A stretch of DNA of 64,000 nt from a virus, in IMG/VR virus record IMGVR_UViG_3300034160_000027, positions 5,099 through 69,098 of that record, one strand, 5' to 3'. The position numbers were made by a program, and so were the translations under genes. Positions 30,987-42,053 of the stretch are shown one piece after another. Under the pieces are notes generated by a model. The model was not told where the DNA came from. It searched no databases and saw nothing but the letters and a program-made list of their open reading frames with translations. Each line of letters opens with the position of its first letter. Position 1 is the first letter of the stretch.

Positions 30987-31476
30987 AGGTAGATACCTCC
31001 ACCCGCACGCCACGGCCGTACTTGAGGTCAATGACTTCAACTTCCGTGTCGCTTACCAGCGTGCAGTCCGCAGTTCCGTCTGAGTCATCGTGCCCCGTTG
31101 CCCACTTCGGCGTGACCCGCCGCTCGGGGTAGACGATGCACGTTGGCCCCATCTCCGCGACCCGCCGGGCCACGTAGTCGAGTACATCCTGCACGTGCTC
31201 AGCCATCTCTTGGTCCACGGAGATGAAGATAGGCTCCTGCCCTTCCTCGGCCACATTGAACTTGTGGCCTATCCATCGGTAGGCCGTTACATTCTCATCA
31301 GGGAATAGCCCCTCGTATCGCTCACGCAACAATGCCTCAAAGAGCGCGTGTGCCGCAGTGCCCTCGCGGGCGTAGCCTGATCCCCGGTCCTCGACGCCCT
31401 CCAGGGCGTAGACAGAACCGGGGCACGTCATCCATCGGTCAGCCGCCGATGGGGAGAGTTTGGCGTGCCCCGCCAT
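30979..31476 (-). CDS. DUF2800 / Cas4-like nuclease, N-terminal part
   Basis: HAKLSPS...RW..CPGS, EGTAAH, GTADC, IDLKYGRG, then a stop codon. Confidence 0.85.
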   Translation of the reverse strand: MAGHAKLSPSAADRWMTCPGSVYALEGVEDRGSGYAREGTAAHALFEALLRERYEGLFPDENVTAYRWIGHKFNVAEEGQEPIFISVDQEMAEHVQDVLDYVARRVAEMGPTCIVYPERRVTPKWATGHDDSDGTADCTLVSDTEVEVIDLKYGRGVRVEVSTYD

Positions 31477-31478
31477 GG

Positions 31479-32093
31479 CTACGCTCCCGCCAAGCCCAAG
31501 GCCAGGTAGGGGGCGGCGACAGCCGCGTGCTTCGGGTCTGCCAAGAACGCATCAAGCAGCGGCACCGGGAACGGGGTGCCGGATGCTGCGGACGGGTTGG
31601 AGACGGCCCACGTGCGATACTGGTTGAGGTCCTGGAACGCGTAGAGAATTTCGTTCAGCCACGCAGAGTATTGAGCCGGCTGCAAAGCCGAATGACTGGC
31701 GATCCCGAAACGAGCGTTGACGGCCGTCACAGGGTCCTTGGAAGGCGTCGGGCCGCCGTACTCGCGGCTGATCGCGTTGGCGACGCCCTTGAGGGCGGTG
31801 AACGCGTGCTGTTCGGCGGGGGGGACCATCAAGGGGGCTGGGGCGACGGGAGCCAGCGGAGCCGGGGCCGGTGCGGCGGTAGGCGCGGCTTGGAGTGCCG
31901 GGGCCGGTGCGGCGGTAGGCGCGGCTTGGAGTGCCGGGGCCGGTGCGGCGGTAGGCGCGGCTTGGAGTGCCGGGGCCGCAGACACGTAAGCGGCGGATGC
32001 AAGGAGCGCGGAAGTCTCTGCGTCGTTGGCATCCGCGAATTGGTTCAATGCGGCTGCGACGTGGCGTGCAAGGGTGCTGAGAGGCAAGGACAT
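31479..32093 (-). CDS. Ala/Pro-rich hypothetical protein upstream of DUF2800
   Basis: Start MSLPLS after a GGAG; APALQAAPTAAP repeats. Confidence 0.6.
   Translation of the reverse strand: MSLPLSTLARHVAAALNQFADANDAETSALLASAAYVSAAPALQAAPTAAPAPALQAAPTAAPAPALQAAPTAAPAPAPLAPVAPAPLMVPPAEQHAFTALKGVANAISREYGGPTPSKDPVTAVNARFGIASHSALQPAQYSAWLNEILYAFQDLNQYRTWAVSNPSAASGTPFPVPLLDAFLADPKHAAVAAPYLALGLAGA
31861..31978. repeat. 36-bp tandem repeat, about 3.3 copies
   Basis: Units start at 31861, 31897, 31933 and 31969. Confidence 0.95.
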
Positions 32094-32121
32094 ATGGATA
32101 TTCTCCGGTTGGTTGATGCCG

Positions 32122-34091
32122 TTAACGCGGCAGGGTTTCACGAGCGGTGTTGAGAATGACCTCTGGTCCGCCTGTTTCTTGGAGTCGTGGGGTATCAAAC
32201 CACACGCTATCTTTCAACTCGTTACCCTCACACCGCGGGGCAACGAGGGCCTGCGTGCGGCCAGTAATGTATTTCGTGACGCCGATAACAATGCCAGTGA
32301 AGCCGGTAATGATGTCTTTCACGGGTTTTCCGAGCAGGGGATGTGACATACAGATGTTCCTCAGTTGGTTGACGCCTTTTCCGGCTATTTGCGCTCAGTT
32401 TGCTTTGGCATAAGCACCGTGGTCAGCGCCACGCCCCCACTCAAGACTAGCACGTCATGCACGTCGTCCGGCAGGACTCTCAACGCGCGGTCTTTGACAC
32501 GTGCTACTGCTTCGGGCGATAACCCCACGTTAAGGGTGAGCACAACCACTGCGCCCTCAGTGCCCATAAGGATGGCGACGCTGCTGATCGGCTCAGATGA
32601 AAGGATACGAAAGAGTAATCAACAGCCCACGGTGTATACGAAGCCACTGCGCTCTTTTGCGCGTGTATAAGCAGCGGCCACAGCGCCGAGATTATGCTGC
32701 CATAATACAGCCAGCAATATTCCGTCAGCGCGCATGTGCATAACGCCATCGCTGTACTTATCATCTTTGTCACACATCTCATCAAGCTCAGCAATTGCGC
32801 TTTCCGCACTGAGCTTTTCCGGTGCTGTCAATTGAGCGAGCAGTTCGCTCACGGTCATATCCACAGGGACTTGCCGCAACGCAGCAATCAGGTACTCTTG
32901 TTGGTTCATATTATTTCTCAATCGGTTGAATTTCAAACCCGGCTTCACGTAAGTAGCCTTCCATTTGCAACGCGAACGCCCACCCCTCGTCCTCTACGCT
33001 CAAGACCTTTACTGAGGCATCCATGGCCCGAGCGATATCCCTGGCTAGAACGTTACTGTTAAGACGGCGCTGCGCGCCCCGCGTGGTAGCTAGGTGCTGC
33101 ACCGCCAGCAACATGTCAAACCACTCTGATTTGAACGGCACTACCTTTTCTGGCATTTCGGGCGCTTCCAAGTAACGCAGGAACTCCTTCACCGTCACGC
33201 CCGTTATGAGCATCCCGCCGCATACTTCACCAGGGCACGCCTCCCGTACAGCGTTCGCCGACTCTTTCTTGTTCATACTTGCCTCATGGTTGTGTCAACT
33301 ATTTCGTCAAGGGCGGGCGACTCCCAACCGTCTTTGAGCGGTAGAGCTACGAGGTTCAAGTCCGCTACCACACTATCCCACCGACGGGTGTTAAAACCCT
33401 GAAACCGCTCGCGCAGAAACCTGTACCGCATTGCGTCCACGGTTTCTGACTCTAACTCCTCTACCAACCTAGACGCCGGAATCTCTTCCGGGGTTCCTGG
33501 GAATAGCTTGTCTAGGCCCTTTAACACCCCCAATAGGTCTTGTTTAGTCATAATACTTTCACCGGTTGCATGGAACGTTAGTCGACCAACGCTGGTAGCT
33601 CATGAGCCAAGGCCCGTATCTGTTCAGGCGCGCAAATCACACGGAAGAATTCATCGCACGCTTCCACCAATACTATGCTTCCGTCGTCGTTCTTCTCTAT
33701 GGAGAAGATACGAGACTCTGATAAGGCGTCGAGCATCGTTTCAAATGATTTGTCACCGCCCGGGTAGGACGTATTCAAAGTGAACATTTTACACCCCGCG
33801 CTAGCCTATCACTTGCAGGTTGGTGACGTTCACCCACGTGCCGCCTGAGGGCCGATCAATGAACGCTTGTGCTGGTTGCGCGGCTGCCAGGTACTCCACC
33901 ACAGCGGTCACGACGCCCGAGACTCCCGTGCCTATCTCCTTCACAGTTTTCCCTAACAGCCCACTAACCGCAGCACTGCATATCGCCCCCGCGTACCGGG
34001 AGTCGTAGTACCTGTTCTGTCTGCTGCGCTCCGTCAGCAGTTCATCGTAGGCTTGTTGAAGCCCGTCATAGCTCATTTGGCCTTCCATCAT
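32122..34091 (-). CDS. Cluster of small accessory genes (32122..32349, 32385..32567, 32619..32909, 32911..33276, 33273..33551, 33578..33787, 33801..34091)
   Basis: Co-oriented packed ORFs; several are paralogs of genes elsewhere in 32-36.6 kb. Confidence 0.55.
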
Positions 34092-34144
34092 TACACCCTC
34101 ACCGTAATGCGCTTACGCGCTCTCGTTAATGCTACATATGATAG
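34091..34144 (-). repeat. Degenerate copy of the Dda-like helicase 3' end
   Basis: Encodes LSYVALTRARKRITVRV* versus the helicase end LAYVALTRARERVTVRV*. Confidence 0.9.
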
Positions 34145-34173
34145 CGTGGTGTACAGACACTACGGACAGTGCA

Positions 34174-35757
34174 TCAGTCCCACCTGTCCAAGCAGTAATC
34201 CATCTGGTGCCCGTTCGACCGGACGCGCACCATAGCGGCCCACTCCTTTCCCGCTTCCAGCATGACTCCGGCTGCGTGGGGTTGGCTTATGCCCTCAATA
34301 CTGGCACTGCGTGAATAGGCTTCCAGCACTGACCTGATTCCGTGGAACTCTGCCTTAAGTATCTCCGGGAACAACGCTGCACCTGCATTCCGGCTTTCGC
34401 GTGCATCAGCGACAACGAACACGACGCCCCTGCCTTGATGTTCATTCCCGCCATTCCACATGGATGGCTTAAGCGTCACCGCAGACACTTCATGGAATCT
34501 ACCTGCTACCAATCCGAACTGCGCGGCAGTAGAGCCTCCGTTCCACACATACCACGAGAACGGATTACGCGCGCCCTCGTTATCCCATTGCAGAATGGGT
34601 GGAGCGTCAGCGTTTACCGCTGTCACCAGGGCGGTATAATTCCAGCGGTGCGGCGCCGCAATCTCGATACAATCCGCGGTAGATAGCACGGTACGCCTGA
34701 ACTTGTCCCACGTCATCGTTTGCGTCGGGGCGTGCATAGCCAAGGTGTCAGCGCCTTTTGATTTCAAGTGGCCAAACACACTAACAGTAGATGGCGCGTC
34801 CTTCTTCGGTGCGGGCCGCCATAACGCCTGAATCTCATCCACACGCGCGAAGCGTCGTGCCAACGAGCCCGCGGACCCTAACTGCTGCACGACTTTCTCG
34901 GCCGCTGCTATCGCTCCCGCGGTCGGTGCCGCCTGCGGGCGCTGGTACGATAACGGGTGCATCTTGGCTGCGAAGGCGCGCGACACGGCATCAAAGCTCT
35001 TGCCTGCAGCTAGGTCCTCCAGAAGCGTACCGATTATGCTGCTGCGTGGGTGGCAGAAGCCTGGCGTCGCGGTCGCAACAGCACGCCACACATGGTTGAC
35101 CGAGGCTCTTCCGGCCTTGGACCATCGCTTCTCCAGACCGCGCAGCCACATGGCCTGGCCCAGTACCTTTTCCGAGCGGTAGAGCGCGTCCGACTCCAGC
35201 AGTCTGACCGCCGTGTCCAGATCAGCGCCCGTGAACTCGGTGAGTGCACGCAGGACGGTCTTGAAATCCTCAGCCTTCTCGGCCATTGCTTGGCTGGCAG
35301 ACTTCAAAGGGTTCTTGAACGCCGTGAACTGGTGAATTGCCAGGTGCATCCACGCGCCCGTCACCGGCGTTCCCAGCACCGTATCGGAGGACAGGAAGAC
35401 GCCAGTAACATTGGCACGCCGTACTGCTCGCGACATTGCGGCCAACGCGGGGCGATAGATTGGTGGCGCATCGTCCTCGTCCCAGATAGCAGACGTAAGC
35501 GACCCACTATCATTGATGACCGCCAGCGCGCCGAATCTCTCAATGAAGTGGCGGCAAGCATGGCAATTGTGGTGTTGGCGCTCATCCGGGTCCGTGAACG
35601 AGTCCAAATACAGGCCCCACAGACCGGAGGCATTCGTGGTAAACAAAGGGCTTCCGCCGTGCTCGTAGTTGAGCGCAAACCTCCCGTTGACGCGTGCTAG
35701 GAATGCCGCGTAATCGTGGTCGTTGGCGCACCCTACATTGGATAATTGAGTATTCAT
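34174..35757 (-). CDS. Large hypothetical phage protein (527 aa)
   Basis: Long clean ORF with an HHNCHACRHF motif; function not recognised. Confidence 0.75.
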   Translation of the reverse strand: MNTQLSNVGCANDHDYAAFLARVNGRFALNYEHGGSPLFTTNASGLWGLYLDSFTDPDERQHHNCHACRHFIERFGALAVINDSGSLTSAIWDEDDAPPIYRPALAAMSRAVRRANVTGVFLSSDTVLGTPVTGAWMHLAIHQFTAFKNPLKSASQAMAEKAEDFKTVLRALTEFTGADLDTAVRLLESDALYRSEKVLGQAMWLRGLEKRWSKAGRASVNHVWRAVATATPGFCHPRSSIIGTLLEDLAAGKSFDAVSRAFAAKMHPLSYQRPQAAPTAGAIAAAEKVVQQLGSAGSLARRFARVDEIQALWRPAPKKDAPSTVSVFGHLKSKGADTLAMHAPTQTMTWDKFRRTVLSTADCIEIAAPHRWNYTALVTAVNADAPPILQWDNEGARNPFSWYVWNGGSTAAQFGLVAGRFHEVSAVTLKPSMWNGGNEHQGRGVVFVVADARESRNAGAALFPEILKAEFHGIRSVLEAYSRSASIEGISQPHAAGVMLEAGKEWAAMVRVRSNGHQMDYCLDRWD

Positions 35758-35798
35758 TTACACCTTCACTGTTACCGTTACACGCTCTCGTTTAGCCT
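35758..35798 (-). repeat. More degraded copy of the helicase 3' end
   Basis: ...RERVTVTVKV*; DNA aligns with about 36627-36669. Confidence 0.7.
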
Positions 35799-36098
35799 CG
35801 GGCTACTCATCGTAAGCGCAGTAACACAAGAAGTTGCATCGCTCGGACGCGGCTAGATGCGCGCCCACAACGTTGGAGGCACCATACCATCGCAACACGG
35901 CCAATAAGATTTGGTCGGCACGTTCATGGAGAGACGCACTGTCGTGCATCGAGTCCATCGTATTGAGTTCGGCGACGGCTTCTGCGGGAGCCATGGACTC
36001 AGGCTTTTCCAAGTCCGCTATCAGAGCGCGGATAGACTTGTAGCCCTCGCCCTGCATTTCATGTAGGGTTTTCAGCAGGGTTTGCTTTTCATCGTTGG

Positions 36099-36186
36099 TC
36101 ATACTTTCACCGTTACACACTTACATGCTCTCGTTAACGCCACGCAGGCCAGTGCCCGTCCAAGTCGCCCTCTCACTTCCAAGAGG
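36099..36186 (-). repeat. Degenerate copy of the helicase 3' end
   Basis: Encodes LLEVRGRLGRALACVALTRACKCVTVKV* versus LLGVKGRLGRALAYVALTRARERVTVRV*. Confidence 0.92.
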
Positions 36187-36626
36187 GTACTGACAACTCG
36201 ATTTCTATGAGTACGTCCACATGAATTTGACGAAGGATACCAGCAGGCCAAGAGCAGCGACAAAAGTCGCCACGTCCGCTCTCTTCAGACCGCCGAAGGC
36301 CCCGCCAACCGACCTATTCCACGACAGGAGTGCAAGTAACGCTACCAGGTTGAACGCAGACATCGCTGCTAGCATAAGACCGTTAAGCAATGTGTGCGTC
36401 ATGCTATTCAACCAACGCCAGTAGCTCGCGGGCCAACGCACGCACTTGCTCAGACGTAAGCAATGCAAAGAAGTAGTCGTCACATGCCTCTGTGATTCTG
36501 ACTCTCCCGTCTGGCTCGCTTGACAAAGTGAACACCCGCGCGTTGTGTAACGCGTCCAATAGTGTCTCAGAATTCTTTGACCCGTTGATTCCGTAAGAAC
36601 CGTTTCCGGTTGTTATTGTGACCATG

Positions 36627-38138
36627 TTACACTCTTACCGTTACGCGCTCACGCGCTCTTGTTAATGCCACGTAGGCCAGTGCTCGTCCGAGCCGACCTT
36701 TAACTCCCAGGAGAGGCAGTGGGCTTGTGTAGCAGTAGTCAACCGTTTGACCTTGCGCCCGATGCACGCTAGTAGCGTAGCAGTAGGCGATGCTCACGAA
36801 GTCATTCTGTAGCCTTTTATACTCTTTCCAGTCCTTGGTGTCTTTGCAGTTCCGATAAGCGGTAGCAAGGGCCTCGGCGTACTCCGGCCCGCCCCGCTTG
36901 GTCGGGTCCATCTGAGACTCACTGACCGCAAAGACCACGCGCACGGGGTCCCGCCGTCCTTGGAATCGGAGTAGCCAGCAGGGGATTCCCTGGTAATCGC
37001 TGTACGCCGCCTCGACAACCGTGAACGTCTGGCCCGAGTAGTAGCGCGTCACGTCCCCCACTTCTGCCTTCTCGACGTATGGGTAGTCACTGGTTCGGAG
37101 GATCATGATTTGCTCTCCGGGCTCAACGTCATCGGAGAACACCCCGTACAGGGAACGACGTATTACGTTATTGAAGTCGACTACCTCAGCACGACGGAAC
37201 GCAAGTAGTCGATGCGATTTACCCGGATCAGCGTAAAAGTTTCCCACGAATGATGACACGAGGTCGTACGCGGACGCGACCTTAGTGACTTGTTCGTTGC
37301 TGGTAAGCTGAACCAAACTCTCGGTCAGCGTATGCGGGTTGTGCCGGGCCTGTTGCTCCAATTGGAACAGATGCGAGTCCCTGCTGTACCGCATCGGCTC
37401 CGTGAGTGTGGCTGCGTCGTCTGGTGTCGTGCTGCATATGGATAACGTCTCTTGCTTTACGGGGGGTAGTTGGAACTCATCGCCGACAAGGATAAGCAGG
37501 CCGCCACGTGTGCGGGCGGCTTCAATTAGCATCTCGCCTATCAAGTCCGCTACCATTGAGCCTTCGTCCACAACTAGAACGTTGCCCGGGGACAGGATTT
37601 TAGCGGCGGCCTCATATGAGTCTGGCGTCAGTATATAGTCCTCCACGCCGTCCTGAAACACTTTCTGCAATTTCACGGTGCGCGCGACGGTTGCGCACTC
37701 GAATCCGTAGGGCTCCAACTGCTGTGCGAGCACTTGTGTAGCCACGTAGGACGTTGCGCACGCACGGCATTGGAGCCCGCGTTTGCGTAGCTCCGTAAGC
37801 AACTTGAGCACTGTATAAGACTTTCCATACCCCGCGCCGCCGGACAGGCGGACCACGTTGTATCCGGCGTCAATCTGACTGAGCAGTTTGTCCACTGCCT
37901 CCTGCTGGTGGGGTGTCACCGTAACCGGGCCAGCCGCCTGCATCATCGCATCGGACTTCGCGTTCAGGATCGCAAGAATCGCGTCCTTGTGGCCCGCCAC
38001 GAAGTCGGCTACCCGGCCGAGTCCAGAGACACCGAGCATCCATCGCAGGTAGGACTCGTCGGTCGCGATCTCACTGAGGAGCGCGCCGCGGTACTTACCG
38101 AACGTGATGACCGGACTACTTTCGCGTGGCGCCATCAT
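36627..38138 (-). CDS. Dda/RecD-like SF1B helicase with N-terminal FGKY domain
   Basis: ITFGKYRG, GGAGYGKS, VVDEGSM, VGDEFQLPPV, YATSVHRAQGQT and YVALTRAR. Confidence 0.9.
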   Translation of the reverse strand: MMAPRESSPVITFGKYRGALLSEIATDESYLRWMLGVSGLGRVADFVAGHKDAILAILNAKSDAMMQAAGPVTVTPHQQEAVDKLLSQIDAGYNVVRLSGGAGYGKSYTVLKLLTELRKRGLQCRACATSYVATQVLAQQLEPYGFECATVARTVKLQKVFQDGVEDYILTPDSYEAAAKILSPGNVLVVDEGSMVADLIGEMLIEAARTRGGLLILVGDEFQLPPVKQETLSICSTTPDDAATLTEPMRYSRDSHLFQLEQQARHNPHTLTESLVQLTSNEQVTKVASAYDLVSSFVGNFYADPGKSHRLLAFRRAEVVDFNNVIRRSLYGVFSDDVEPGEQIMILRTSDYPYVEKAEVGDVTRYYSGQTFTVVEAAYSDYQGIPCWLLRFQGRRDPVRVVFAVSESQMDPTKRGGPEYAEALATAYRNCKDTKDWKEYKRLQNDFVSIAYCYATSVHRAQGQTVDYCYTSPLPLLGVKGRLGRALAYVALTRARERVTVRV

Positions 38139-40381
38139 AGAAGTTCCACCATCCGTAAGGTACTATCAGCAGTGCCCATAGTCCCGCGCCAGCATAAAAG
38201 AGCGCGCAGAAGGTTGTTAAGAACACTGCTGCGTCGGTAAATCGCCTTTTCGTGAGTGCTGTCATCTCACTCTCCCTCAACCGTGAAAAGAGTCCATCGG
38301 TTACGTTTGTTATACCACTCTTCATCGTGGCTCGGCGTTAAGAAGTGACTGAGATGCTGTTGTCTCAATTCTTTCATCTTCCGTTCAGCTTTCTCCGAGT
38401 CATCTATAACAGCGTGCTAGGGGGTGCCGTTTAACGTTATAACGTGGACTTTCATTTGTCCACTAGCTCCTTTCCCACCTCGTCGCTGGACACCATACGA
38501 AAGCCTCCCTTTTCGTCTCTTACAAAATAGACGAGCTCCTTTTCTCTAAACTCAGCCCGCACGTGGTCTGGCAATACAACAACGCCGTCAGCGTACAAGA
38601 CGGATGATACAGATTGCTCGCTAGAGTTAGAAAAGCACGGGCATTCCCGATGCAGGTCCTTCCCGCGCGTGATCTGCCCGCCGCTGGTACTCGGTTCCAC
38701 CCCTACTGCGTACCCCCAGTACTTTGACGCCGGGATAGGAGGAAGGGCGGGGTCCGGGTACGCACAACGACCTTCTTTATTTGGGTGCAGCCGCCCGTTA
38801 GACGTGCGATTCCACTTCGCGTGCGTGCAGTTATCACATTTCATAGTTTACCATCCACAAAATAGTTGATCGCCATTTTACGATTCACCGTGACGACGCT
38901 GCCTGCGATCTGTACTTTATAAAATGTCATGCCGTCAATGACGACAGCGAGCACGATACCAGATTCTTGCAGACCAGCTAAGAACGTGTCTTCCGCATTC
39001 CGTAGCGCCTTGCGAGCGGCCTCTACTCTCAATGCGCTCATGCGCTGAGTACGTTGAAGAGACTTATCACCGCGGCCTCCGCGTCATCCTGCGTCTTGAA
39101 CGCTTCAGAAGATTGGTTGTTGCCATGCTTCACAATTACCGCGTAGTCTCCTTCACCACGTGGCGGTGGGTAAGTAAACAAACTGGGGCGCCGTAGGACA
39201 CAATCAACCGTGGAAAGACGGATCAGGTCTCCACCGAACTTGATGAAAACAGGTACCTGTTGAGGGGCTTCTGAGGCTACGACGATGTTCATAATTTACT
39301 GTACTCGTTACCAGACCGTGTTGCTCTTCCCCTCTTGACCAACGAGTCCCACGTGCGGCGGGACGAGTACGCGGGTGTCACAGGGCCTTGCCCCAAGAGT
39401 TCAAGGGCCCCGCGCTGCTTGCCCGTGAGCCCCTTGTCCGGGTCTCGGCTATTGCACGCCGCACGTGGGTCCTTGCGCCCTCCTCCAAACATGCACTCAG
39501 AGCACGTGATGGAGGGGCCGTAGCCGCAGTCATCGGGGCTTGTGCCGCGGCACTTAGGGTGTTTCATGGAGGTTACGGAAGTGCCAGCCCACGAGGTTCA
39601 ACCTGTCGTCCTCCACTGCGCCTACCTCAACCAAGCGATCGGTCGCTGCGCTTGCTCCTAGATTGAAAGGGCCGTCAGGAGGATACGTCACACCTTCTAC
39701 ACCGAGAGGCGTGTGATCGCCCCGTAGCAAAGACCCCGCGGCCCAGTCGTACCCGCTACGGTACGCGCGGTCATACGCAGTCTGTCGGCGTTTTTCCAAC
39801 CATTGCTTTAACATATTATGCTCCGTATCCGCTCAGCGTAAGGGAACTTAGGGTGGCTCACACCCGTAGCCCGAGCACGTCTTTTTCCGCTTCGGTCAAC
39901 TTGGCAAGCGCCGCAGCTTTGAGGACGTGCCTTTCGTAGCGTCGTTGCTCCGACTTCCCGATTTCAGACGCGGGCATCGGGACTTCGCAAGGGGAGAGCC
40001 GAACGTAGCACTCTGCGTTAGGGGAGACCCGTCGCAACGCCTCATGCTTTTGATAGAGCGCTTCAACAGCATCAACCAATTCTTCGATTTCTTTCAACAT
40101 TATCATGCTCCGTAGATTTCTGCCCAGTGCACGGGCTTGACGATCAACGACTCTCGGGAGTACCGCCATTCGCCCGTCTGTGCTGGATCGACGCGCCAGG
40201 TGCGCGCCGCATCATCCCACTCGGTCTCCGCGTACAGGCGCCCGACCACATAGCCGTCAGCGGGACCGAGGTCAAGTAGCAGGGGCCGGCTACGGAACAC
40301 GGACTCGCAAAGCGGGTCCTGCCCGAGTTCTGGCATATCGCTCATCGGGCGCAACGGCCCAGTAGCAGGTGGGAGTCTCAT
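38116..40381 (-). CDS. Cluster of small hypothetical genes downstream of the 40416 promoter
   Basis: Packed minus-strand ORFs with overlapping start/stop codons. Confidence 0.5.
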
Positions 40382-40415
40382 GTGTTTCTCCGTTCTAGGA
40401 AAGTTGATGTCGCCT

Positions 40416-40495
40416 ATCTTAGCCTCTCCTGCCCGACGTTACAGCGAAATCCGACGAACGGTGCTAGTTGACATCCGATGTACCGCGGCTATACT
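40416..40495. promoter_or_regulatory. Divergent promoter pair sharing one ACCGTTCGTC box
   Basis: Box at 40453-40462. Leftward CTGTAA-N17-TAAGAT lies 8 nt from the box; rightward TTGACA(40468)-N16-TATACT(40490). Confidence 0.75.
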
Positions 40496-40532
40496 GTGCT
40501 TGCACTAACACCAACACACCGGAGATTTTATC

Positions 40533-40937
40533 ATGTCTGCTAAGCCTGCTCTCGTTCCCGCCCTCGTTGCTGACGGCGCCACTACCGCCGAGACCCCTGC
40601 CCTGAACCCCGCGATCAAATACGTTGAGGGTCTAGGCTACTTGATCGGCTCTGGCGCCACCATCAAGGGATTCACGACCTACGACGCCGCTGCCAAGTAT
40701 CTCGCCGAGAACGAGGTCGGAATGCTCGTTGAAGCGTTCTATGCCCATGTTGTCGCTAACCCAGCGGACTACTTCGTCGTCAAGGGCAAGAAGGGCCGCA
40801 CCAAGAAGGATGGAACAGTCACCGCGGATACCCCGGATCGCGTCCTGGAGGGCAAGATGCAGGACGCTGCAATGACTCGCCTGCTGCGGGCCGCCCGTAA
40901 GATCTACGAGTTCGAGGCTTCCCGCGGCTTGGCCTGA
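40533..40937 (+). CDS. Isolated plus-strand gene (moron-like), function unknown
   Basis: Own promoter, GGAG RBS and terminator; codon usage looks highly expressed; basic KGKKGRTKK patch. Confidence 0.8.
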   Translation: MSAKPALVPALVADGATTAETPALNPAIKYVEGLGYLIGSGATIKGFTTYDAAAKYLAENEVGMLVEAFYAHVVANPADYFVVKGKKGRTKKDGTVTADTPDRVLEGKMQDAAMTRLLRAARKIYEFEASRGLA

Positions 40938-40956
40938 TCCTGATCGTCCGCAAATT

Positions 40957-40981
40957 GAAAGGGCGCTTCGGCGCCCTTTTT
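40957..40981 (+). terminator. Rho-independent terminator (possibly bidirectional)
   Basis: aaaGGGCGC-TTCG-GCGCCC-ttttt. Confidence 0.9.
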
Positions 40982-42053
40982 ACTATCTGTCCTCCGGTTC
41001 CGAGTCATGCAACCAATCAAAGAACTCGGAGGCAGCGCCTACACGGCGCTCCTATTTCCGTTTTGCAATCCACGCAGACCGTAGATCGGTATCCGTGAAC
41101 CCCTGCTCACTAAACACAGGTGAGTAGTTATCTTTCAGCCACTCGATAAACGTCATCTTCGGCTCCTTCTTTTCTACAGTAGCCCGGTATCCAAGCGCCC
41201 GAAATGCGTGCGCTATATGCTCCGCAACATCTTCTTTCATCGGCGTCGAGCTGTCTTTCACGCACGATGCAGCGTGTATCATATCCCGTGGGTACCTAAA
41301 AGCATAGCCGTTCATGCCTTCTACACAGACAGCTTTCAGACTAGCCGCGAGCCCGCAGACTTCGCACACAGCCTCACGGGGGCTCTTCACTTCCAGTTCG
41401 CCGTGGCAGTCGTCACACGTACAGTGCCAGCATCCTACCAAGCCCTCGTAAAGCTCGGTCCCAGTCTCCCCGGTGCCGCCACACTCCCAGCAATCTTCGC
41501 TTAGATGCTTACTCACTTTCCTACCTCCCGTCTAATAGTCTTTCCACAATACTCGCAGAATCGTGGTGCGCGGTCTCCGTACGCGGAAAAATCTATGAAA
41601 TGCCAACCAGAGTCTTTTCCTGCGCACCCAATCGTCCAAAAAGTCTCTTTATACTCTGGAATTGCTGTCCACGTGCACTTTCCCCGAGGCGCGTACCCCG
41701 CTAAGAATCCGAGGATGGCCGGTACGGTAAGGAACCCGAACATGGCGATGGGGAAAGCCGCGGTAGCCTGAACGCACTCGCACCGCTGGTGGTGAACACC
41801 ATAAGCGGTCAGTAGGCACCAAAACACGATGTAGGCCGCCAGGAGTAAGGCCGCAACCTTTCGTATGCTCATGCTTTTATCCTCACATAGTAATCCATGT
41901 TTCCGAGACTTGCGGAGTACCTGTACTGCTTTGCACGCGGGTCCAGACAGTCAAAGAGCCTGCGCCCGTCCAAGGCGTAATATGTATTCTGTAAGGCCGT
42001 CCGGTACATTTTCTCCGGGCATTGCTGCACAGCATAGTCCACCCGGTCGTCGC

